Source: Callorhinchus milii (Eukaryota). Taken from it: 64,000 bases of DNA. The notes beneath the pieces are model-generated. The model made no database searches. It saw only the letters and a program-made list of their open reading frames with translations, and was not told the origin of the DNA. Shown piece by piece: positions 53,283 to 64,000 of this stretch. The stretch's first letter is position 1, and each line of letters starts with the position of its first letter. The stretch covers positions 45,386,001 to 45,450,000 of the forward strand of contig NW_024704742.1 in NCBI RefSeq assembly GCF_018977255.1. Reading direction: 5' to 3'. Position numbers and translations under genes: made by a program.

Positions 53283-54358
53283 CTTTACTTTTACACACTG
53301 GGACGGGAGTTGGAGAAATTTGACTTGCGAATCATATTTATTATTGGTGATAATTATCCCATCTTAAATCTCATTTTGCACTCCATCATTTCTATGCAGA
53401 CGAGAGGCTATGCTTTAGTTACTAAATATGGTTAGAAATCCAAACATAAATGAATCTGCTCAGTTTGACTGATTTAGAATGGAAGCCATCACCCATCCTA
53501 TTGTATAATGATAATGTTATCAGTGTACTTGGATGCTGCATGTTCACCGAAAGCAATAAGAAACTGCACAGCAGAGATGTGTTTTTGGTCATGTTAAGGT
53601 CAAGCTTGTGAAATGATGCTAACTCAGCCTACTCCCAGTAGATTTGTAGCCAATGCTCTGATTTGGATAATTTAAACTTGTAAGATAACATAACAATACA
53701 TAACCTGCCACATGATATTTGGAGCAGAAACATCCATACGTTATGTAAATTTGTCAGATATAACTGACATCTGCTGAGCATTCAAGGGCATACATAAGCT
53801 GTATTAAATTAGTGGCTTCATACTCCCTGTAATAGATGCTGCCACTTATCAATATGTTACTTTGTAATTTAAATTCAGGAAGTTTGTTAAGTTAATGAAA
53901 ACATAGAAACAGGAGTAGGTCATTCATCTCCTTGAGCCTATTCCACCATTCTATAAGATAATGGCTGATCTTATAAGTTGTGGAAACGACTGACAATACA
54001 TCGAAAAATGAGCTGAGGTATCCACGAGAGTTAAGGTTCATAATATTGATGCTGTCCAGAACACATAAAATAAAAATTGAAAGGAGATTACAGGAATACA
54101 ATAAACGTAGATAAAGAAGAATGAAAGAGGAGTAATCCTGATTAATCACTGTACAAAGATATGATGCAAAGGAAAAGAGCAACAACAGTTCTAATGACTT
54201 TCAATGTGCGTAATTGTTACGAGTAGTGACATTTGCTGTTAAATTAGGAGAATAGAGTACATCCTTTCAATGTTTCAGCAGCCCACTTTTTTTTACACAC
54301 AGCAATGAGGATTTTATGTTTTAAATATAGCAGTGACACACATAATTGTTTTTTCTAG

Positions 54359-54575
54359 CCTTTCCGTCGAGTGACTTTCTCTGTGGTGAGTCAGCCTCAG
54401 GATCCACACCAGGGCTCCCTGCAGAGCTGTTATGACAGCGGTTTGGAAGAATCGGAAACACCCAGCAGCAAGAGCTCATCGGGACCAAGATTAGGCTCAC
54501 TCCCACTTCCAGAAGACAACTATGAGAGGACCACCCCTGATGGCAGTGTTGGTGAAGCAGAGCATATGGAAAATG
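54359..54575 (+). CDS. PCDH7: Protocadherin-7 internal coding exon (cytoplasmic tail with the RRVTF PP1-binding motif and the DSGLEE motif)
   Basis: Acceptor ttttctAG at 54357-58 (phase 0) and donor G|GTAAG at 54575/76. Translation PFRRVTFSVVSQPQDPHQGSLQSCYDSGLEESETPSSKSSSGPRLGSLPLPEDNYERTTPDGSVGEAEHMEN matches the PCDH7 long-isoform tail as I recall it. The paralog PCDH1 reads RRVTFSAT...GEMEHPEN, so PCDH7 fits better. Confidence 0.95.
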
Positions 54576-55228
54576 GTAAGGGTGTAAAAATCATTCATTT
54601 ATACATTTATTCTCAGACCATGACGTAAGTACACCACCTTGTGAAACTTTCAGAGCACAGATATCCCAACCAAACATTAAACAATGGGCTAAAATTATTG
54701 ATGGTGTTATGCCTTTGTTGGAGTTGTCCTCTAAGGGGATTTCCCCATGATAACTGTGCATTGTCGACGGTGCTATGCATAATAGCGACTGGAATTTCAA
54801 TTCATATACCCTATAATAATAAAATTCAGTGACATTCAACTAAATGCCTCTGCATTTCACCATGAATAAAATAATGTTCAATTTCCACGTCCTGCTGATC
54901 TCATTTCCTGCATGTGCACTACGTGGAAGAAATGAACAGATGTGACTTTGCAAAGAATATGACATCAGCACATATAGAATATGACATCCGCAGTGACCTA
55001 GAAGTTGGCAATTTTTATGGACTTCATTATAACAAACAACATCTGAGATTGTGGACCAAGATAAACATGTTATAATAGAGTTGCCCTGTATTGTGATATC
55101 GTTATACCATTTATGAAATCATATGCTGTATGTTTGCTTTGTGTTTTGTAATTGCATGTGGTCTTATACAGACTACACATGACCTAGAACCATGATTTGA
55201 TAGACTCCCGATCAATAACTCACTTATA

Positions 55229-55336
55229 CAGGGTGGCCAAAAAGTCATGATAACTATCCTATTGTCTAAAAAACATCATCATTTCTTGAAGACTTATTAG
55301 ACATTATAATGGTATCACAAATTTTTGGTTACCCTG
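55229..55336. mobile_element. 108-bp Tc1/mariner-type MITE family B, copy 1
   Basis: TA|CAGGGTGGCCAAAAAGT ... ATTTTTGGTTACCCTG|TA: imperfect terminal inverted repeats with TA on both sides. Confidence 0.85.
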
Positions 55337-55551
55337 TAATTTCATTCAAAAGCCAAAAACATTATAGTTTGCATATGTCGTGCAAAGTAGTAAATATCTA
55401 GGATGTTTAAAGACAATGACATAGTATCAGCACTTTGATTGACATGTACGGTGGAACATTCACATATAAAGTAGGAAAAAAATCATGTTCATAAATTCAT
55501 TAGGAAAAAATCTGAGAATCGTTTGGGTGTGTCAATTCAACATTTCCTGGG

Positions 55552-55963
55552 AAGTAAATATCACATAAGTCATATCGGTTGGGATCAAAACATTTAATAT
55601 GACTTACGTGAAGTCCAAGTTGCAGGCAAACTGTACAAGTTGTATAAAATCCGATTTAATCAATAATCACGATTGCGCTTGCGTAAATCAATGTAGCGGA
55701 TAAGTGCGCATGTGGTACTTTGTCATTGCAGCCGGTAAGTGCACATATGTTGATGGGTTAGTATGTCATTTCCCACGATTAAATGCAGCCAGTAAGTGTG
55801 GGAGTAATGGAGGGTAGTAGAGTAGCGTTACGAGTTAGGTGATTAATATAAGTAGTGCAAGAAATTAAGTGGTTTTGATGGGAAACAGAATGGGGCTCGG
55901 GTGAATGTACAACTTGGGCAATTATACGATTTTATAAAGATAAGTCTTATGCAAGTTTTACTG
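55552..55963. mobile_element. MITE family A, copy 2 (uninterrupted)
   Basis: aagtaaatatcacataagt ... cttatgcaagttttactg|TA; colinear with 5562-6373 minus the SINE. Confidence 0.8.
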
Positions 55964-58900
55964 TATTGTGTATCCCGTGAAAATAGGGCAGATCCATTGT
56001 TTGGGTTTTAGATATTCCCAGAAGAGGAACTTTCTGCTGCACTGCAGTTTGGAGTCCATGCCTGACCAAACATTTTTTTTTCCTATGCAAGAAAACCTAT
56101 ATCAGCGATCATTCGGGTTCTTGTTTCTGAATAAAGATGTATTGACTCAAAAGCAAGTTAAATCAGTCAGTATGTCAGGAGATTGGCATTTATGTGATGC
56201 ATAAACAAGGCAGGTTGCATCTGTCAGCAGTTACTGAAACTTTGCGGTCACATCTTGCATTAAACTGCATTAGGATTAATTACATGAAAAATAATCATTC
56301 TGCTAATGCTGTGTCTGCTGCGTTGTCATATATCCAGACACATATTTCATTATTATGTAAATGTAGTGCACTTTATTTTATTATATAAATGTCAGTTACA
56401 TTTTATAAGGGAAAATGTCCCTTCTGAAAATAAATTTTCTTTCATCAGTAATTGTGTTCTATATTTTGGCTACTAAGCATTCTTTTGAAAAAAATTATAT
56501 TGCAAACTTAAAACCTCACCAGTTAATTCTATTTATAATCCACTTTATCCCAGTAACCTCCACAGTGGACATTTTAGTCACCCATTTCCTCTTCCATACG
56601 GTGGCTTTGCTTCATGCTTTACTATCATTCCATAGAACTTAGTTACTTGATACTTCAAACTCCCAGCCATGATTGCAGTGAGTTCTGTCAGGTCACACTG
56701 CTAAGTGGAGTGCCTTGCAATAGCAGAACATCGAACCCCAGGCTAGAGGAAAGCTGTCTCTAAAAATTGGAATCTCATTCCATTGAATAATATACATGCT
56801 CTTTGGGAAACATGACATGGGATTTGCTTGGAGCTCAACCTGTTGACCTTCAAAAAAGTCACCAGTTCATGAATAACCAATTTAGGGAGAAGCCATAGCA
56901 ATTTAAATACTGAATTGTATGTATTCAAATCTGCATCCACACCTATTAAGCATTCAGCCTTCACCCATCATGTTGAACTTTGCTGCAAATTCTCTAAACC
57001 AGTTCAGAGAATAATATTACTCCCTGTCAGCAAAACTAAGACCAGGATGTTATTGTGACTTTGAATTCAGTTATCTGAGTCCAGAGAAACATTACTGCAC
57101 ATTTAGGTGATGTTAAGTGATCAAGTACAACATAGCATCTATTTTTGGAAACTAAGTTTCTACAAAGACAGTGTTACCTTATAGCCTATTATCTTGTACA
57201 CGTAAATAGCAAAAGAAAACTGGAAGTGCTGAGACCTATGTTTTAAGCACATAAATCAGATGAGAATATTGTAGGTGACTTTGCCTTTCCAGCTTAATCT
57301 TTCACAGCAAGGAATATTTGAGTCTTTTTTGTATGAAAGCTGGGACGTTATCATGCAACAAACATCTTTCAAGATAATTTTAATTCAGATAAAACTCACC
57401 AATCGCTCTGAAAGGAAGGGTTGGTAATTTGAGAGGACATGAAGATTGACTAGTGCTTAGGCTTTGAGTCAATGCTGCTGATAGTGCTGTATTTAACAGA
57501 ACGGAATAAGTGTATGCCTATTTATTCTTAAAATTTACAAGAATCTAGTGATTAATGGAGTGAAATCCCATCTGACTAAAAGTAGAACATAGGGTACTAT
57601 ATAAAAAAAGGATAGTCTAGGAAAGTTCCCAATAGTAAATGAAATTGGCAACCTAATAAATAAATAGATTAACTAACATACAAACAGTATTCATCTGCTA
57701 TCATTCATCTATAGAGATTTTCTATTAATTTCTCTTAAAAATAAGTCTATGTAATATTGCTGTTAAATTAATAAACAAGATAACAGTGAAAATTAAAAGA
57801 TAAGGAGCGACAAGCCAACAAAAAGTATATTGTACTATTAAAATTTTCACCGCTGCTTCAAAGGGATATATTCCTTGGAGATAAATCTGTACTAACTGAA
57901 GAAATTAGTTAGCTGCAGGATACCGCATGTGGGGAAAGGAACACTCAAGTCTGCCCTTAAAGCCAAGCTAGGTCATAAACTATTTGGCTCAGAACATCAG
58001 CACTAACAATGGGTCTGGAAGAGACTCAATGTTATCTTGTGGAAAATGAAGCTTTTTAATCAGCTTTATCAGCAATACATTAACAGAACTGTGTTTTTAA
58101 TACAATCTGCATCTCCCTGATTACTTACAATATTGTTAAAATAAAATTGCTTTTTGGCTTAACTTTAGCGTGTTATCATAACTGCAAATTATTCAAATAA
58201 AGTTAATCTGGCCCAGTGCATATTCCATTCATTCAGATTTAGTCCAGTGAGCTACTTATCTCAGCAGTTATGTATTGGCCTGTGATATTTAATTAAGTAC
58301 TAATTTGGATAAACCACATCTCATTAATAATATAAAGTTCTGCTGCTGATTATCACACTGGTGCAGCTCTGCATCATTCAAAAACTATCGCTGGCTCATT
58401 GTCTGCTGAATAAATTCACCATCAGCACTTTGTTCAAATATTTTGTTAAAATTGGCCTTTGCTCAAACGTAATCCAGAAGGACTATGCCACAATCTGTCA
58501 AAAGGTTCCCTGCTTTCATTACCCAAATAGCAAAGGTAAAGCACACTACATTATTTAGGGATGAGAAAACAGTTGAGCTGAACCAAGCTCCTCAAATAGT
58601 CAATCTCATGCTCTTGTTTCTTTCTAATACTAATATTCTTACAAGTGCAATGTGCTAACGTCAGAATTATACCTTCTCGGTCCTGTTGTTTGATTTACCA
58701 AAATAATATTATCAGAATTATCAGAAACCTTGAACGGTTTCTTTTCTTTAATAGGTTATTTTGCTCATAGTACAAAAATCTTGTTAGATGTTAGTTCTTG
58801 CATTACCTCATTTTGATATTTTCTATTAACTTAAAGAATAATGGTTTCCAACTATACTGGTGGACTGGTTTCTGCTGGTTCTCAGAACAAGTCTACAATT

Positions 58901-59834
58901 GACTCCTGCTTTTGAAAGTAGTTTAGTTTCTTTTTAAACTCCCTCATTGTGATGCTCTCATTTTTGGGAAGCAAGGCTGAAAGTGGATAATTCGAAACTG
59001 TTACTCTTATGTTAGAAAATGTAATAGATGAAACTGGCACTCAGTGGACTCATAATCCAATCCACCCTGTATATTACTTTACTGATGCCTACATGAAGTG
59101 CAGATGATGACTTATGATGCTCAAGGGTCTATGTTAGTTCTGCATGTACAGAAATCCACTGCATTTCGAAGAGATTAAAAGAATTGCCAGATATGTTAAG
59201 TATGCCTTTTATATGGCCAAAGTCAGTGCTTGATTTCTTTTAAGTTGTGTAACTTTTTTGTGACCTGCCACCAAGTATTCTTTACTTCAGAAACCCAATC
59301 ATTCCACTGTCAATCTCCTTTAAGCTCTATGCTGCGCTACAGCTGTGGGGATCTGCCCTCCATCCCCAAATAGCTGATCCCACCTCTCCATATCTGCTCT
59401 ACAAAGACCTCCATTGCCCTGTCAGAGAAAGGGCTTTTGCAAATCCTATGATTAATCATTGGACCCAAATGCTCAGCACTCCACAGCTGGATTAGTGTTA
59501 TGCGTGTGCATAAATTCAATTATTGGCCACATAAGCTCTGAATTCAGATTCATTGCCGATGTTTGCTCACACTCGACACCTGCTAAAGCTGATGAATTTA
59601 AACCTGTATAATCTCATAGTGAGCAGAATTGGCTACTCATAGTGAGCAGAATTGGCTACTCCTGTTCATCTGTTTGCTGCTGTATCCCCAAAATGTAGAA
59701 AATGTGATTTACCTGCATTTCCATCAATAGAGCAGAATTGTCTTCTTTTTATTAGTTTACAAAAAGATATATCCTGTTAAGAGCAGGATCTGGATAAAGT
59801 CCGTATAGTTATTATTATTTAGTTACTTAGTTAG

Positions 59835-60072
59835 AGGTTACTATAAATCTTGTTTCATACAGAGCAGTTAGGCTATGGAATGTCCTGCTGGGAGTGTTGG
59901 TTCAGCCATATTGGCCTTCAAAAGGAACTAGACACATATCTGAAAAAGAGTCAGCTGCAGGGGTACGGCGAAAAGGTAAGTAAATGGGAGTGAAAGATTG
60001 CTCTTGAGAGAGGTGACACAGACACAATGGTTTCAATGGCTTTCTTCTGTGCCATAAATTGCTATGGTTCTC
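59835..60072 (+). mobile_element. CR1 LINE 3' end
   Basis: ttcatacagagcagtt..tggaatgtcctg and gcaggggtacggcgaaaagg..cacagacacaatgg, similar to 45895-46033. Confidence 0.7.
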
Positions 60073-60853
60073 TAACACAAGAAGAAAAACTTATAGGATT
60101 CTGACTCAAAATGTTTGCTTAAAACGACAAGGAGAGAGGCGTGTTTTTTTCATATTTAAAAAGAAGCTTATGTAATTGATTAATCAATCCGCTCTCTTTC
60201 TCTAAAGATAGTGATCAACCTCTTTTAAGTGCTAGGAGTATTTTAATTGCACTGTAATGAATGTTATTTTTGGTTGTGTATGTTACTATTTTGTGCTGTG
60301 CTGAGGATCATTCATTATTCTATGCTTCTTGAACATGCCCTCAAGTAAAATCTTAAAATAACTTGAACTAATTCCTTCTGTAATCCAACCTTCAACTCCT
60401 ATTGTACACATATTTCGCACTGACATCTCGGGTCTTGTGGTATGAATTAACCAGACATACACCTTAGGTAACTAAATCATTAAGCAGCTGAGGTTTTGCG
60501 TAATGTACAGACCATGCATAACAATGACAGAGTTGAAAACTCTTGAGTGCTCTGTTACATTGATTTTAATAAGACAAAGCTATTCTGGTATATGGGAGTG
60601 GAACCTGTTTTAACGTTACAGCGCTGAAATATCTGTGATTTGAGCTTATATTGGTGAGTCATTAACAAGCAAGTTACTATTTAGATCTGGAATGTAGCAA
60701 TTCAATTTTATAATTGGTGTCTTAAAACCATTGCCTATTTAACAATGCAGAATGCTTATATTTGTGATCACCGGTTTCTTTAATACAATCTTTTGTGGGT
60801 AAAAAATAATCTGAACATTTCCTGTAAGTTAATGAGGAGTCTAGATGTATGTT

Positions 60854-60973
60854 TTAGCTGGCCAAAAGTGGTGATACCATTACAATGTCTACTAAGTCTT
60901 AAAGAAATGATGATATATATATATAATGTTTTTTAAATAATAGGGTAGTTATCACGACTTTTTGGTAAGCCTG
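60854..60973. mobile_element. MITE family B, copy 2, inverted relative to copy 1
   Basis: gtgataccattacaatgtctactaagtcttaaagaaatgatgat..tagggtagttatcacgactttttgg closely matches the reverse complement of 55229-55336, with an internal (TA)n expansion. Confidence 0.85.
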
Positions 60974-61777
60974 TAGTTACTGGATGTTGGCAAGTTAAAT
61001 GAAATTTACCAAAGCATTTGATTCAAACAAATTGCAATAGAATGTAAACAGCTTTCTTCAAGGAGATATAGCCATGAGCTATGAATATTTTACAAGCTGC
61101 GTCTCAATTAAATTAAAAAAACAGAGAATTAAATATCATGAACATAAAATTCTAAAAGATTAAAGTAGATAATCCTTATGTATTAATTATTTGCAAGATA
61201 ATTTGTTGGCAAACATTCAAAATGTTGTGAATACATTTCTTGTTTTAATAAATTAATGCATATATACATGAATGAGTGGTTGTAATGCAAAATATTTGCA
61301 AGCGTGTATTGTTCTAAATATGTATCACATTCTAATACAAAAGCAGAAATGTAAAGCAGTTTACATCAATTGCAAATGGATCTTCATATTGAGATCAGAA
61401 GTCAACTGTGAAATGTGAGACAAAATGGCTCATACAATAAGCTATTGATCAGGTCAATGAATGAAGTGAAAGAAGGGTGCATTCAGTTTGAGCAATTTAG
61501 CTATGCCAAGGCTTAACATAAGAAGTCTGATTACCATGCACATAACATTTCACGACTGCAGCTCTTGAAAAAAAAATCTGCATTTTAAGCTAGACGAGAA
61601 AACAGCATAAGAAATAAAATAGCTTCATTAGAAATAATCATTTCAAACTGAATGCTCTGGCGCCTCTGATCTGTATCGATACTGGTTGTGTAATAAAAAG
61701 AGATGTGCAGCATAAATTTGCTGAATGTAAACTGAGCTTTTAGCCCCACATATAATTGGAAATTAAACAACAAAGTA

Positions 61778-62003
61778 AACAACAACAACGTGCACTTATA
61801 TAGCGCACTCCACACAAGGTAGCGCCTCAGAGCACTTAACAGTGGTGGAGCCTGAATCTGAGCCGGGGGAGGGGAGATGACTGTAAGCATGGTCGAAAAG
61901 GAAGATTTTCAAGCAGGACTTGAAAAAGGGGAGAGAGGGGACAAGGTGGAGGGATTGAGGGAGAGTGTTCCAGTGCTTCAGGCCATAGTAGCTGAAAGCG
62001 TGA
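61778..62003 (-). mobile_element. L2 LINE 3' end
   Basis: aacaacaacaacgtgcacttatatagcgc tail and gggagagtgttccag (reverse of WN.LP). Confidence 0.75.
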
Positions 62004-62156
62004 TCTGGATCAACTACAAATTAACAATGATATTTCTCAGGTTTCTATCTTTGTTACATTGAAAGTAGGAAGCAAAGCTGAGAGTGTTTACTTGTGTAAG
62101 AACTAACTAATTCTTAATGCTGCTTCATGCAAGTATCATTTGGTTAATTAAGTCTT

Positions 62157-62347
62157 ATAATAATAATAATAATACTTACATTTGATATCGCGCTTTTCAC
62201 GTCTTTGATACGTCTCAAAGCGCTTCACAGAATATACTGTAAAGTGAATTGATTGTATATCTGTGGGTGAAACGCGGCAAACGGGTTGCGCACAGTCGTG
62301 AATTGAGTGACTAAATTAATTTTTCTTTGTTCTTGAGGGATTATTAT
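62157..62347 (-). mobile_element. Young SINE 3' half
   Basis: tttgatatcgcgcttttcacgtc..aaagcgcttcacagaatatactgtaaagtgaattg. Confidence 0.85.
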
Positions 62348-62599
62348 CTTTATTATTATTAATATTATTTTTATTACTATTGTCCTCACTTGACCAAGTA
62401 ATAGTCTATAAAGAGATCACAACCTATGCCTGAAACATATTTGTCATTGATTTTTCTATAGGCTATGTCTATTAATTTGTATGGGTTATTTGTCTGTTAG
62501 TAAATGATACTGTATTAGGATGTTAATGCACTTTTTCATTATAAATGCAAAGCTGTAAATATCAATACATGTATTAACAAACAAAGACAGGAAGTAGTA

Positions 62600-63710
62600 G
62601 ATACATTTGACAATTTAGAGAGAGAAGCACCAAGTCCAGATTGACTGCAACCAAAGACCTTAAAGAAATTAGGAAGGAAATAGTTGAGGCACAAGTATTT
62701 ATAATTTAACTATTCTGTAGAAAAAGAAATTGCGACAGAGAATAGGGCGGCAAATGGAATATCCATTTTTTTAAAAAAGTGCTGATTCAAAAATAGCTTA
62801 TTGTCTGTGGTGAGGAAGGGATTGGAGTCTACAATAAAGGATGAAATAACTAAATAATTCGAGAGGGTGAATCTAATGACAAACAACCAGTATGGATTTA
62901 TGAAAGCAAGATCATGCTTGACCAACCTTATCGATTTTTTGGCAGAAGAAACAGATAAAGTAGATAAGGAAAATGCAATGTATGTGGTATTTATTGATTT
63001 CCAGAAGGTCTTTGATAAGAGGACACATTAGAGACTCGTGGCTAAAATCAGGGTATGTGGAGGTATGGGCGAGGTAGCAGAGTGGTTTGCAACTTTGGCT
63101 GGAAAACCAGAGTGTAGGAATAAGAGGAGCTTCTCAGATTGGTAAGCAGTAAGAAGTATTCAGCAGAGATCTGCATTGGGACCTGAAACTGTTCACCATA
63201 TAAATAAATGCTTTGGATGCAGATAAAGAAAGTATAATAATAATAATCCTTGCATTTGATATAGCGCTTTTCACGTCGGGAGGACGTCCCAAAGCGCTTC
63301 ACAGAACACACTGTAAAGTGAATTGACTAGTATATTTGTGGGCGAACGCGCACAGCAGTGTCCCACAAACAATCGTAGGTTGAAAATGACCAATTTATTA
63401 TTGTTTTTGGTTTCGGGGGGATTATTATTAGGTGTGTGGAGTACGGAAACTTGCCCAAGGTTTCGCCGTGCCTGGAATTGAACTCAGGTCTCTCGCTTGC
63501 AAAGCGAGTGCTCTGACCACTGAGCTACAGGACTCCACTTATTATTATTATTATTATTATTATACAGAAAGTATGTTATTGAAATTGACAAATCAAAGCA
63601 AATTGGTGGCATGGGGGTAAGATATGTGGTGAAGAGTATTGCAAAAGAGTACAGCAAATCACGTCAGGCTTGCTAATGGGTGGATGGGTGGCAGATGAAG
63701 TTTAATACAA
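62600..63710 (+). mobile_element. CR1 LINE ORF2 (RT) fossil, interrupted by a SINE
   Basis: NQYGFMKARSCLTNLIDF...VDKENAMYVVFIDFQKVFDK (about 62884-63020) and WVDGWQMKFN (about 63677-63706) are diagnostic CR1 RT motifs. Stops and frameshifts present. Confidence 0.92.
63236..63538 (-). mobile_element. Young tRNA-derived SINE, full-length short form, with target-site duplication
   Basis: Complete element. agaaagtat is repeated at 63227-63235 and 63566-63574. Confidence 0.95.
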
Positions 63711-64000
63711 CAACAAATTACATTTGAGTAGCTACTTTCACATCGAGAAGACGTCCTAAGGCACTGGACAGTCAGGGAATTGGACCCGAGCAGGGAGTTG
63801 GAATCAGGGGGTGTTGAGGCAGTGAGGGTAGGCGTAGGAGTGTGGCCGAATGAGCGGTTGAAGAGGAGGGTCTTGAGACATGCCCTGAAGGAGGCAAGAG
63901 CCAAGGAAGCAAGATAAAGGGAGTGTGGGATGGAGTTTCAAAGTGTGGGAGCAGAGAAGCTGAAGGCCCGACTGCCGATGGTGGGGCGGGCCAGGCGGGG
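63708..64000 (-). mobile_element. L2 LINE 3' end, runs off the window
   Basis: caacaacaaattacatt tail; minus-strand ASFRACLKTLLFNRSF is the L2 terminal FK..LKT.LF motif. Confidence 0.85.

Noticed and set aside
54328..54336. Upstream tandem acceptor TAGCAG giving an immediate stop
   Set aside because: Poor polypyrimidine tract; the segment more likely supplies the branch-point region for the real acceptor at 54358.
1496..63538. CRISPR-like or other prokaryotic system suggested by recurring repeats
   Set aside because: Repeats are about 300 nt, dispersed, on both strands and irregularly spaced in a spliced vertebrate locus. No cas-like or operon-like ORFs.
2926..63538. Antisense orientation bias of SINEs relative to PCDH7
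   Set aside because: About 10 minus versus 5 plus young copies is too few to distinguish from chance.

Overview
This is AT-rich, repeat-rich vertebrate genomic DNA. The repeat complement (Deu-domain tRNA-SINEs with L2-type tails, shark-type CR1 3' ends) suggests a cartilaginous fish, possibly a chimaera; this is inference, not a database result. Only one host coding exon is supportable: a 217-nt internal exon at 54359-54575 (+) encoding the cytoplasmic PFRRVTF...DSGLEESETPSSKSSSGPRLG...GEAEHMEN segment of protocadherin-7, so the rest of the window is most simply read as PCDH7 intron. The introns hold about 15 copies of a relatively young tRNA-headed SINE in long and short forms, several older DeuSINEs, decayed CR1 and L2 LINE pieces, two Tc1/mariner-type MITE families (two copies each), a frameshifted PIF/Harbinger transposase fossil that the ORF track misses, and several repeat-free blocks that look like conserved non-coding elements. 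Nearly all ORFs in the track are spurious or repeat-derived. I found no convincing novel multi-gene system. The best leads are transposon evolution, splicing choices at the PCDH7 exon and a few unexplained structures. Boundaries of old repeats were placed by eye and are approximate (+/-10-30 nt).
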